From Candidatus Nealsonbacteria bacterium (GTDB taxonomy: Bacteria > Patescibacteriota > Minisyncoccia > Minisyncoccales > PWPS01): DNA of 44,466 bases. Below, piece by piece: positions 36,462 to 44,466 of this stretch. The translations under genes and the position numbers were made by a program. The stretch lies in assembly GCA_003560095.1 (NCBI GenBank), contig PWJI01000043.1:1-44466 (forward strand). Direction: 5' to 3'. Numbering within the stretch: position 1 is the stretch's first letter; the number at the start of each line of letters is the position of its first letter. The notes under the pieces were generated by a model. It saw only the letters and a list, made by a program, of their open reading frames with translations, was not told the origin of the DNA and did no database searches.

Positions 36462-37096
36462 TTATTTCAAGGAAAAAAGATGGAGACATGAAGCTTAAAA
36501 AAAATATTGATTTTTTTTTAAAAAAACAAAACCTTGATCATTTTACTTTAATAAGAGGAGGGCAATCTCACGGAAATAATTTAGAAATAATAAGAAAAGA
36601 TAGATATAAAAAATTTTTCAAAAATACAGACGCTCTCATAACTGACAATAGAAATGTATTGCTTTGTGTTCTTGTTGCAGATTGCCTTCCTATTTCTTTT
36701 AAGTCAAAAAATGTGTGCGGAATTATTCATGCAGGATGGCGAGGGATTGCTTCGGGAATTATTGAAAAAACAATCACTCGAGCAAAAAAGTTTGAAAAAA
36801 TAACCGAATTAGAGTTTACAATTGGTCCTGGTATAAGTGTTTGTCATTTCCAAATAAAAGAAGATCTGATTGAAAAGTTTTCTGATCTTCGAGGAATAAA
36901 AAAAATAAATAATTATGTTGAAAAAAAAGAGAAAGAAGTTTACTTAGACATTAAAAAAATTGCAAAAGATCAAATAACCTATTACGGAGGGAAAAAAATA
37001 AATATTTCATCAATTTGTACATTTTGCAGTAGTGATTATTTTTCTTTTAGAGAGAACGAAACCTCAAGGAGGATGATCGCTTTAATTAAATTATAA
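36458..37096 (+). CDS. YfiH/PgeF (laccase-domain, purine nucleoside phosphorylase/peptidoglycan editing) family protein
   Basis: Q.HG, DALIT, VADCLPI, HAGWRG, GPGI..C.F, CT.C...FS.R; start moved to ATG 36458 (ATGA overlap). Confidence 0.9.
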   Translation: MIISRKKDGDMKLKKNIDFFLKKQNLDHFTLIRGGQSHGNNLEIIRKDRYKKFFKNTDALITDNRNVLLCVLVADCLPISFKSKNVCGIIHAGWRGIASGIIEKTITRAKKFEKITELEFTIGPGISVCHFQIKEDLIEKFSDLRGIKKINNYVEKKEKEVYLDIKKIAKDQITYYGGKKINISSICTFCSSDYFSFRENETSRRMIALIKL

Positions 37097-37114
37097 ATCT
37101 TATAAGAAAATAAT

Positions 37115-38002
37115 ATGCAAGAAAAAAAAATAAAAAAAGCAATTATTGCCGCTGCCGGTTATGGTACAAGATTTTTACCAGCGACAAAAAATCAACCCAA
37201 AGAAATGCTTCCCATCATCGATAAGCCAATAATTCATTATTTAGTAGAAGAAGCTGTGCAGTCAGGAATCGAAGAAATTATTTTAGTGACAAGATCGGGA
37301 CAAAATACACTGGAAGATTATTTTGACTCTCACAGAGAACTGGAAAACGAACTTAAAAAAAGTGGTAAAGAAGAGAGACTTAAAGAGATAAAAAAAATAC
37401 CCAAAATGGCTAATTTTATTTATATGAGACAAAAAAGCGATCTTCCTTATGGAAATGCCACTCCCTTGCTTTCTGCCTCTTCAATAATTGATCCTCAAGA
37501 GTCTTTTGTTTATATGTTTGGAGATGATCTTACTGTTTCCCAAAAACCGGTCACAAAACAACTTATTGAGGTTTATAAGAAACAAAAGGCAAAAGCAATT
37601 TTGGGTGTGCAAGAAGTTTCAAAAGAAGATGTTCACAAATATGGAACTGTGCGATACAAGAAAGACGGAGAGTATGAATATGAGATAGAGGAAGCATGCG
37701 AAAAGTTTCCGGCAGAAAAGGCTCCCTCAAGAATGGCAGCTTTTGGTAGATTTGTTTTTTCTTATGATGTGATTGAGAAAGCTCTTCAGACGCCACTTGG
37801 CAAAGATAATGAGTTGTGGGTTATGGATATATTAAATTCTATCGCTAAAGAAGGTAAAAAAGTAATTGCTCAACCAATAGAGGGGGAGTGGTGCACTACC
37901 GGAGACCCTCTTAACTATCTTAAAACATCATTTAATTTTGCAATGAAAAGAAGTGATATTAAAGAAGAACTAATAAATTATTTAAAGAAAAATATAGATT
38001 AA
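37115..38002 (+). CDS. galU: UTP--glucose-1-phosphate uridylyltransferase
   Basis: KAII.AAG.GTRFLPATK..PKEMLPI.DKP, EDYFD, GDD. Confidence 0.93.
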   Translation: MQEKKIKKAIIAAAGYGTRFLPATKNQPKEMLPIIDKPIIHYLVEEAVQSGIEEIILVTRSGQNTLEDYFDSHRELENELKKSGKEERLKEIKKIPKMANFIYMRQKSDLPYGNATPLLSASSIIDPQESFVYMFGDDLTVSQKPVTKQLIEVYKKQKAKAILGVQEVSKEDVHKYGTVRYKKDGEYEYEIEEACEKFPAEKAPSRMAAFGRFVFSYDVIEKALQTPLGKDNELWVMDILNSIAKEGKKVIAQPIEGEWCTTGDPLNYLKTSFNFAMKRSDIKEELINYLKKNID

Positions 38003-38003
38003 G

Positions 38004-38930
38004 TTAAGAGAGTATCACGCCGATAGAGTGCATATTTCCTTGAAGAAAATCTTTTGAGTTTGTTGAGTTTTTGCCCTCAATTTGAAGTTTTTTTACGAGA
38101 AGAAAATCTTTACCTGTTTGTATCGCAATAGTATGATTTGTCCCAAGATACATCTTACCCGGTTCTCCAAAGGGACCGTTTGCAGTTTGTTCTTGAACTG
38201 TCGCTTCAATTATTTTAAATATCTTGCTTCCCATTTTAGAATAAGTTCCCGGCCAAGGATTGAGAGCTCTTATTTTTCTTTCAATTACTTGTGCAGATTC
38301 TTCCCAATTTATTCTTCCGTCTTCTTTTTTGAATTTTTTGCTATAAGTTGCATCACTTTCATTTTGCTCTATTTTTCTAATTTTTTCCTCTATTATGGAA
38401 TTTATGTTTTTTACAATCATCTCTGCTCCGTTTTTGGCAAAAATTTCTTCGGCCTCTAGATAATTAACATTAGAGGGAAGCTCTGTCTCTGCTTGTAACA
38501 AGATAGGTCCCGCATCAATTCTTTCCTCCATTTCTATTACAGTTACACCGTTTTTTTTCTCCCCGCTAAGTATTGCTGACTGAATTGGGCTTGGTCCTCT
38601 GTATTTGGGCAAAAGAGATGGGTGTATATTTATAAATTTAGATAAAGCAAGAGTTTCTTTCGGAATGATGATGCTCATGCCAGCTACAATAACGAGATAG
38701 GGCTGATTTTTTTTAATAATTTCGTGAAAATCGTTTTTATCTTCTACTTTTTTCGTTTCGATTTTTTGCTTTTGAGCAAAATCTTCAATAAAAAGTTTCT
38801 CAAACTTAAGACCCCTTCCTCTTTTTTTATCGGGAGAAGTTAAAAGTAAGGAAGGCTTTGCTCCTAAATTTATCATTTTTTCTAACGCTATTTTCCCAAA
38901 TAATGAATTGCTGGCAAAAATTATTTTCAT
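38004..38930 (-). CDS. fmt: Methionyl-tRNA formyltransferase
   Basis: PDK.RGRG, INIHPSLLPKYRGPSPIQ, DAGPI, K..G.INW, IRALNPWPG; start moved to ATG 38930. Confidence 0.96.
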   Translation of the reverse strand: MKIIFASNSLFGKIALEKMINLGAKPSLLLTSPDKKRGRGLKFEKLFIEDFAQKQKIETKKVEDKNDFHEIIKKNQPYLVIVAGMSIIIPKETLALSKFINIHPSLLPKYRGPSPIQSAILSGEKKNGVTVIEMEERIDAGPILLQAETELPSNVNYLEAEEIFAKNGAEMIVKNINSIIEEKIRKIEQNESDATYSKKFKKEDGRINWEESAQVIERKIRALNPWPGTYSKMGSKIFKIIEATVQEQTANGPFGEPGKMYLGTNHTIAIQTGKDFLLVKKLQIEGKNSTNSKDFLQGNMHSIGVILS

Positions 38931-38944
38931 ATTTTTTATATTTA

Positions 38945-39670
38945 TTAGTCTTCTTCTTTCCACTGTATTTGATCTTCTTCTCCCGCAAATTCTAGCCAAT
39001 CACCGTTTTTATCTATTACATACCATTTGTGTTTATTTTTCGACCAAATCATCGGATCACCCCTAAAATAAGGTATTTTCTTCTTTTCTTTTGGTTTTAA
39101 TTTATCAATTTCCGGCCATTTTTTAAAGACTGTTTCAATAGCATAATCAAGATTTCTTGAGGTTGCCCATTGCGCTACTTTATCAATGGCATTATTTGCT
39201 TTTTTTACAGAGCCGGCAAGCTCAAGCAAGTCTTTTGCGGGCCTTGTATATCTTGAATAAATTATTTTTCTTTTTTTGGCGTTTTTCTTGATCTCCTCAA
39301 CGCAATAACCCTTGGTCTGAAAATAATGATTTACAATTTGCTGAACATCACTTTCTTTCTCTTGAAAGCTCACTGTTATTATGTCTTTTTCTGCTAAGTA
39401 TTCTATCAAATCACGGATTGTTTTCAAGTATTTTTTAGCAGTCTTCTCACTTATGTTATTTTTTAGAATACTTTTTTTGAAATTATAAATTTGTTTTTCA
39501 CTTAATTTGGAGGGAGTTATTTGAGAGAGATCCTTCTTTTCAAGCCAAGCATTAAAGCATCTAATGTGTTTTTCTTTTTCTTTTACTGTTGAGGAGGCAA
39601 ATTTTTCCTCTAGCATGCTTATAAAAGGTGGAAAATAACTTTTAAGGTGTTTTTCTTTTTTTGATTTCAT
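38945..39670 (-). CDS. Hypothetical protein: N-terminal integrase SAM-like (core-binding) domain fused to an uncharacterised domain
   Basis: F..WL...P..L....I..F...L....S.KT...YL..IR....YL pattern; no R-H-R-Y catalytic domain. Confidence 0.6.
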   Translation of the reverse strand: MKSKKEKHLKSYFPPFISMLEEKFASSTVKEKEKHIRCFNAWLEKKDLSQITPSKLSEKQIYNFKKSILKNNISEKTAKKYLKTIRDLIEYLAEKDIITVSFQEKESDVQQIVNHYFQTKGYCVEEIKKNAKKRKIIYSRYTRPAKDLLELAGSVKKANNAIDKVAQWATSRNLDYAIETVFKKWPEIDKLKPKEKKKIPYFRGDPMIWSKNKHKWYVIDKNGDWLEFAGEEDQIQWKEED

Positions 39671-39966
39671 TGTTTTCGGGTAAAAAATTTTTCTATTCTT
39701 TGTACTTCTTCTTCTATTTTTTTTCCTTCATATTCAGCTCCATGATCATGTGCATTTTTGTAACGAGGAGCTTTATGGTCTAGGTGAAGATTTATTTCCT
39801 TTTTTTCTTCATTGTAGTATATATGAAAACGAGGATATTTATCCCCAAGAAGTGGTCTACAAAATGAAAATTCTTTTTTTGTATTTTTTTTAAAATCAGG
39901 AGTGTACCCCAAAGACCTCATTTCTCTTAAGATATTTCCTTTAAAGTTTTTGATTCTTATTTTCAT
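39667..39966 (-). CDS. Conserved-looking small hypothetical protein
   Basis: YPRFH, LHLD, H..EY.G motifs; ATGA overlap with downstream gene; start ATG 39966 or TTG 39978. Confidence 0.7.
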   Translation of the reverse strand: MKIRIKNFKGNILREMRSLGYTPDFKKNTKKEFSFCRPLLGDKYPRFHIYYNEEKKEINLHLDHKAPRYKNAHDHGAEYEGKKIEEEVQRIEKFFTRKQ

Positions 39967-39984
39967 CTTGTTTTTCAATTTTGA

Positions 39985-39993
39985 ATTTTACCA
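39985..39993 (-). promoter_or_regulatory. Extended -10 element TGgTAAAAT for the minus-strand hyp-hyp-fmt operon
   Basis: Reverse complement of ATTTTACCA at 39985-39993. Confidence 0.5.
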
Positions 39994-40081
39994 CAAATTT
40001 TAGAAATTAAAAATATATTTTTTACTTGAAGATAATTATAATTCTGTAATAATGGAATTAAGATAAAAATAAATAGAAAAT

Positions 40082-41392
40082 ATGGTAAAGAAAAGAAAAA
40101 AAATTCATTTTATTGGAATAGGAGGAATAGGGGTTTCTTCGTTGGCTCGTTATTTTCTAAGCAAAGGATGTATTGTTTCAGGATCAGATTCCTTACCTCA
40201 AAATGACATGCAATCTTTAGGTGTAAATGTTTTTCAGGGTCATTTTAAAGAAAATATATCAAAAGACATCGATTTATTGATTTTTAGTAATGCAATTCTT
40301 CCCGACAATCCGGAAATTTTAGAAGCTAAAAGAATGAAAATAGAAGTAAAGAGCTACCCTCAGGCGCTCGGGGAGATTACAAAAAAATATAACACAATCG
40401 CTGTTTCCGGAACTCATGGAAAAGGAACCACAACAGCGATACTTTCTATTATAATGATTGACGCTGGACTTGATCCAACAGTTATTATAGGAACAAAATT
40501 GAAAGAATTTAACGAAACGAATTTCAGAAAAGGAAATTCGAAATATCTCTTAATTGAGGCAGATGAATTTAAGGCTGCTTTCTTAAATTATAATGTTAAT
40601 CTATCCGTAATAACCAATATTGAAGAAGATCATCTTGATTTTTATAAAGATATAAACGATATCAATCTTACCTTTCAAAAGTATGTAAACGAAAACCTAA
40701 AGAAAAACGGAGCAGTTATACTAAACGGTGACGACAAGAATTGTCTCCTTTTAAGAAAAGAGACGAAAAAAGAAGTTATAGAATACTCTCTGTCAAAGCA
40801 AGAAAAGAATAAAATAAAGCTCTCCATTCCTGGAAAACACAATCTTTACAATGCTCTTGCAGCCTTTTTTGCCGCAAAAAAATTAGGAATAAAAGAAGAG
40901 ATAATATTAAAAAGTATTTTAAAATTCAAAGGTACTTGGCGCCGCTTTGAGGAAAAAAATATTATCTTAAAGAATGGAAGATCTATTAATTTAATAAATG
41001 ATTATGCTCATCACCCAACAGAAGTAAGAGCTACCCTGCAGGCAACAAAGGAAAAATACCCTCAAAAAGATGTTGTTGTTGTGTTTCAACCTCATCAATA
41101 TGAAAGAACTTACCGATTTTTCAATGATTTTAAAAAAGTTCTTTTGGAATTTGAAATAAAAAAAATTGTAATTCCCGATATATATACGGTCGAGGGACGA
41201 GAGTCAGAGGAAATTATTAAAAAAGTTAGTGCAAGAAAATTATCAAAAAAAGTTAAAAACTCTACTTATACCGAAAATATTAAAAAAACGAGTGAATATT
41301 TACTTGATTATTTGCAAGGTGATGAAATTCTGGTTATAATGGGTGCAGGAGATATATATAAGCTTGAAAATTATATTAAAAAAGAAATTTAA
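40082..41392 (+). CDS. murC: UDP-N-acetylmuramate--L-alanine ligase
   Basis: IHFIGIGGIG.S, GTHGK.TTT, EADE, DHLD, G.HN..NA, RRFE, DYAHHPTE, FQPH. Confidence 0.96.
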   Translation: MVKKRKKIHFIGIGGIGVSSLARYFLSKGCIVSGSDSLPQNDMQSLGVNVFQGHFKENISKDIDLLIFSNAILPDNPEILEAKRMKIEVKSYPQALGEITKKYNTIAVSGTHGKGTTTAILSIIMIDAGLDPTVIIGTKLKEFNETNFRKGNSKYLLIEADEFKAAFLNYNVNLSVITNIEEDHLDFYKDINDINLTFQKYVNENLKKNGAVILNGDDKNCLLLRKETKKEVIEYSLSKQEKNKIKLSIPGKHNLYNALAAFFAAKKLGIKEEIILKSILKFKGTWRRFEEKNIILKNGRSINLINDYAHHPTEVRATLQATKEKYPQKDVVVVFQPHQYERTYRFFNDFKKVLLEFEIKKIVIPDIYTVEGRESEEIIKKVSARKLSKKVKNSTYTENIKKTSEYLLDYLQGDEILVIMGAGDIYKLENYIKKEI

Positions 41393-41424
41393 AGCTTTAA
41401 ATTACAAATAACTAATATTTTTAA

Positions 41425-41880
41425 ATGCCTGATAATTTTTTCTTTTTCTTGTTTATTTTATTTTTTGCCATTGCAATGTGGTATTTTGTCGAATGGCAAA
41501 TTAAAAGACAAGAAGAGCAAGATAAGAACATTGATAAAAACAAAGAAGATGAAGATAATCTTTCTGATTTTTCCACAAAAGAGCAGCCGGGAGAAAAGAA
41601 GGAAGAAGAAAATGATATGCAAGAAGAAAAACCAAAAAAAGAAGACAAAGAAGGTAATTTAAGTGAAGGAGTTAAAGAGAATGAAGAAATAGAGAAAGAA
41701 GAGTTTGAAAAAGGTAATGATCAAAACGAAGAAAATTCTTTAGACGATGATGAGCTTTTTAAAGAGGAGGTAGAAGTTGAGACAATAAAAGAAAAAATAA
41801 CAATTAAAGCAAAAGAGAATGAAGAAATAGAGAAAGAAGAAGAAGAGGAGAGGGAGGAAGAAGAAACAAATGAAGATTGA
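41425..41880 (+). CDS. Single-TM, highly acidic low-complexity protein
   Basis: N-terminal TM, Glu/Lys/Asp-rich tail with duplicated KENEEIEKEE. Confidence 0.72.
   Translation: MPDNFFFFLFILFFAIAMWYFVEWQIKRQEEQDKNIDKNKEDEDNLSDFSTKEQPGEKKEEENDMQEEKPKKEDKEGNLSEGVKENEEIEKEEFEKGNDQNEENSLDDDELFKEEVEVETIKEKITIKAKENEEIEKEEEEEREEEETNED
41674..41840 (+). repeat. Intragenic direct repeat, 2 x 29 bp AAAGAGAATGAAGAAATAGAGAAAGAAGA
   Basis: Exact copies at 41674-41702 and 41812-41840. Confidence 0.85.
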
Positions 41881-41963
41881 TTATAAATAATCATTTAATC
41901 AACAAACAAAAATTTATTAGCATAAAATATGTAATTTTTATTCATGGAAATTATTTTTTTTTA

Positions 41964-41972
41964 TGCTAAAAT
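41964..41972 (+). promoter_or_regulatory. Extended -10 element TGcTAAAAT upstream of tig
   Basis: Same 9-mer as 28984-28992, 39 nt before ATG 42012. Confidence 0.5.
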
Positions 41973-42011
41973 TGGTAATCACTTAATTTAAAATATAATA
42001 ATATTATCTTT

Positions 42012-43313
42012 ATGGATGTTAAAATTGATAAAAAATCAGACACAAAGAGGGAAATAGAAGTTACCATTTCTGTAGAGGAGATGGAGGATTATATGGAAAA
42101 AGCTGCTCAGAAAGCAGTAAGTGAAATGAATATCAAAGGTTTTAGGCCCGGAAAAGCTCCTCGCAGTGTTGTAGAAAATACCATTGGAAAAGAAAAACTT
42201 TTTGAGAACGCTGCAAGAGAGGCGGTACAAGAAACTTATCCTAAAATTATAGAAGAAAACAAACTATTTGCCCTTTCTAGCCCACAGGTTAATTTAATAA
42301 AATGTGCTCCGGGAAATGATGTTGTTTATAGGGCTTTTGTTTATGTTATGCCCGAAATAAATCTTCCGGATTATAGAAAAATATCAAAGGATGTTGCTGC
42401 AAAAAGTGAAAAGGCAGATGTTAGTAATGAAGAAATTGATCAAGCTATATCAAGAATAAGAGAGACAAAAGCAAGAACAGAAAAGGTTGATAGAGAGGCA
42501 AAAAAAGGGGATGCGGTAATTATAAATTTTAAAGGAGTTTTTCTTGGCCAAGGTAATACAAAAGAAGATGGTAAAAAAGTTGAAGAAGAAAACTTTCAAG
42601 TTGTGCTTGGAAAGGGTGATCTTGATGACTTAAAGGGTTTTGAAGATAATATTTTAGGAATGAAAGCTGGTGAAAACAAAGATTTTTCAATTAATGCATC
42701 TACGAGTAAAACCGAAGGAAAGGAAGAAAAAATTGATTTTAATGTTGAGATGATCAGTGTGATGAATCGCGAACTCCCGGATATTGATGATGAGTTTGCA
42801 AAATCTTTTCCCAATATAGAAAATATAAATCAATTAAGAGAAAAGGTGAAAGAAGGTGTGCTTGCTGAAAAAAGAAAAAAAGAAAAAGAAAAAATAAAAC
42901 TTGATGTTTTGCAAGCTATTAAAAATGAAACAAGTTTTGAGGTTCCCGATATTCTTGTCGAAAAAGAACTGGACAACATGATTAAAACAATTGAAAATCA
43001 GTTAATGCAAAGCGGTTCTTCTCTTGATAATTACCTAAAAGAAATAAATAAAACACAAGATGATTTGAGAAAAGACTGGCAAAAAAGAGCTCAAGAGAAT
43101 GTTTCTTTTGCTCTTATTTTACATAAAATAAGTAAAGACGAAAAAATAGAAGTATCAGAGGAAGAGATAGATCAGGAAGTAGATCATCACTTTAAAGCAA
43201 TGGGGAAAAATAAAGAAGATGAGACAAAAGAAAATATGGATAGAATGAAAGCTTATATACACGACACTCTTAAAAACCAAAAAGTCTTTAGAATTCTCTC
43301 TATAGAAGAATAA
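42012..43313 (+). CDS. tig: Trigger factor
   Basis: Ribosome-binding signature I.GFRPGKAP, FKBP-like middle domain (GD.V.I.F.G, GFED.I.GMK.GE), ELP..DDEFAK. Confidence 0.96.
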   Translation: MDVKIDKKSDTKREIEVTISVEEMEDYMEKAAQKAVSEMNIKGFRPGKAPRSVVENTIGKEKLFENAAREAVQETYPKIIEENKLFALSSPQVNLIKCAPGNDVVYRAFVYVMPEINLPDYRKISKDVAAKSEKADVSNEEIDQAISRIRETKARTEKVDREAKKGDAVIINFKGVFLGQGNTKEDGKKVEEENFQVVLGKGDLDDLKGFEDNILGMKAGENKDFSINASTSKTEGKEEKIDFNVEMISVMNRELPDIDDEFAKSFPNIENINQLREKVKEGVLAEKRKKEKEKIKLDVLQAIKNETSFEVPDILVEKELDNMIKTIENQLMQSGSSLDNYLKEINKTQDDLRKDWQKRAQENVSFALILHKISKDEKIEVSEEEIDQEVDHHFKAMGKNKEDETKENMDRMKAYIHDTLKNQKVFRILSIEE

Positions 43314-43333
43314 ATTTAATTTTCATAAATAAT

Positions 43334-43723
43334 ATGGAAGAAAATATTAAAAAAGAAAAAAACAAAATTCTCATTATCGAGGACGAGAAAATGCTTGCTG
43401 AAATGTATCGTGACAGACTTATCTATGAGGGCTTTGATGTTTTTTCAGCTTTTGATGCGGAGGAGGGAATGGAAATGGCTGAAAAAATAAAGCCCGATCT
43501 TATTCTTCTTGATATTCTCCTTCCCAGAGATAACGGAACCGACTTTATAGAAAAATTACGCAACAAAGAAGGAGAGATCTCGGGTGTAACGGTAGTTGCT
43601 TATTCAAATTACGATGACAAAGAGTCACGTGAAAAGGCGATGAAATATGGAGCAAAAGAGTATTTGATTAAAACCAATTATACTCCCAAAGAAGTAATTG
43701 AAATAATTCGAAAATATATTTAG
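43334..43723 (+). CDS. Single-domain response regulator receiver (CheY-like)
   Basis: ILIIEDE, PDLILLD..LP..NG, SN, conserved K in LIKT; no output domain. Confidence 0.93.
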   Translation: MEENIKKEKNKILIIEDEKMLAEMYRDRLIYEGFDVFSAFDAEEGMEMAEKIKPDLILLDILLPRDNGTDFIEKLRNKEGEISGVTVVAYSNYDDKESREKAMKYGAKEYLIKTNYTPKEVIEIIRKYI

Positions 43724-43766
43724 TTTTAATTATTTTTGATTTTTTCATATTGTTATTAGAGTAACA

Positions 43767-44466
43767 ATGAAAGGTTATTTGGAAACAATATTAAAAGCAA
43801 TAAACACAAAAAGAGGTAAGGTTTTTTTACTCCTTTTTTTTGTGTTGTTTTTTATCGGTATCTTTTTTTTGTTTTTTAGAACGCAAGGAAAGCAAGAAAC
43901 TGAAAGACAAGAAATAACCCTTAAAAAAGAAATTACATATCCTCAAAAACTGGAATTAAGTGAAAACTTGGAAAAGCCAATATCTTCAGCTTCTCTTTCC
44001 ATTTATCACAAAGAAAACGGGGAAAAAGTACTTTTTGAAGAAAACTCCAATGAAGTTTTTTCGATAGCCAGCATTAGTAAACTTATGACAGCAATGGTGG
44101 TTTTTGAAAACTATAAGCTGGAAGAAGCAACTAAAATAACAGAGGAAGAAATAATTTCAAGAACAGAATTTCGTGATTTTAGAGCATGGGAGGGGACAAA
44201 GATAGAGGAAATGGTTTACCCTTTGTTAATTGAATCCAATAATAGTGCAGCTTTTGCGCTTGCACTTATAAGCGATCGTTTCCTGGAAACGAAAGAAGAG
44301 CCGGTTATTGGATTTGTAAATAAAATGAATGAAAAAGCAAAAGAAATAGGAATGCAAGACACTCAATTTATAAATCCCAGTGGACTGGATAGTAAAAATA
44401 AATATAACTCATCTACGGCAAAGGATATTGCAAGGCTACTGCAATACATTATAAAAAACAATGAAA
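43767..44466 (+). CDS. D-alanyl-D-alanine carboxypeptidase (peptidase S11), 3'-truncated by the window edge; absent from ORF track
   Basis: Own translation from ATG 43767: TM anchor, SxxK motif IASISKLMTA, SxN motif ESNNSAA, MN.KA.E.GM..T.F.NPSGLD, STA.D. Confidence 0.92.
   Translation, partial: MKGYLETILKAINTKRGKVFLLLFFVLFFIGIFFLFFRTQGKQETERQEITLKKEITYPQKLELSENLEKPISSASLSIYHKENGEKVLFEENSNEVFSIASISKLMTAMVVFENYKLEEATKITEEEIISRTEFRDFRAWEGTKIEEMVYPLLIESNNSAAFALALISDRFLETKEEPVIGFVNKMNEKAKEIGMQDTQFINPSGLDSKNKYNSSTAKDIARLLQYIIKNNE

Noticed and set aside
38945-39670. Prophage or integrative element integrase
   Set aside because: No catalytic tyrosine recombinase domain, att-like repeats, tRNA target or phage genes
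382-42814. Many short ORFs of 60-170 aa overlapping long genes (e.g. 382-594, 18795-19310, 26770-27078, 38082-38459)
   Set aside because: Antisense or off-frame shadows of well-supported genes, with biased composition and no motifs
1-44466. Alternative genetic code (TGA=Gly as in Gracilibacteria/Absconditabacteria)
   Set aside because: Full-length conserved genes end at TGA (e.g. 7506, 8735, 23235) and ORFs are not fragmented under code 11

Overview
AT-rich, gene-dense chromosomal segment in the standard bacterial genetic code (TGA is used as stop). Short intergenic spaces, ATGA overlaps, near-absence of Shine-Dalgarno sites and several characteristic hypothetical proteins suggest a Patescibacteria/CPR (Parcubacteria-like) genome; this is inferred, not proven. 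Left to right: alr; a NUDIX-AEC-MFS operon; metG; small anchored proteins; a HAD hydrolase; a glycogen cluster (GT4, GH57, eukaryote-type GT3 glycogen synthase, debranching enzyme); an orphan OLD-family ATPase-TOPRIM nuclease; acidic surface proteins including two GerMN paralogs; a DNA-repair-rich block (nfo, stand-alone WYL-like protein, soluble PAS-PAS histidine kinase, UvrD-nuclease fusion, dinB, gdhA, xseA, xseB, second UvrD); two SurA-N chaperone paralogs; a PD-(D/E)XK nuclease with a sigma70-region-4-like tail; a family-4 UDG lacking Fe-S cysteines; truB, MscS, CPA2 antiporter, SpoIIM-like, YfiH/PgeF, galU; a minus-strand operon (two hypotheticals, fmt); murC, tig, a receiver-only regulator and a partial S11 carboxypeptidase. 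No tRNA, rRNA, CRISPR array or intact mobile element was seen. Best candidates for an undescribed system: the WYL-like/kinase/helicase-nuclease/DinB operon, the nuclease-sigma4 fusion, and an AAAGGTCGA leader motif before exported proteins. All family calls come from motif recognition by eye.
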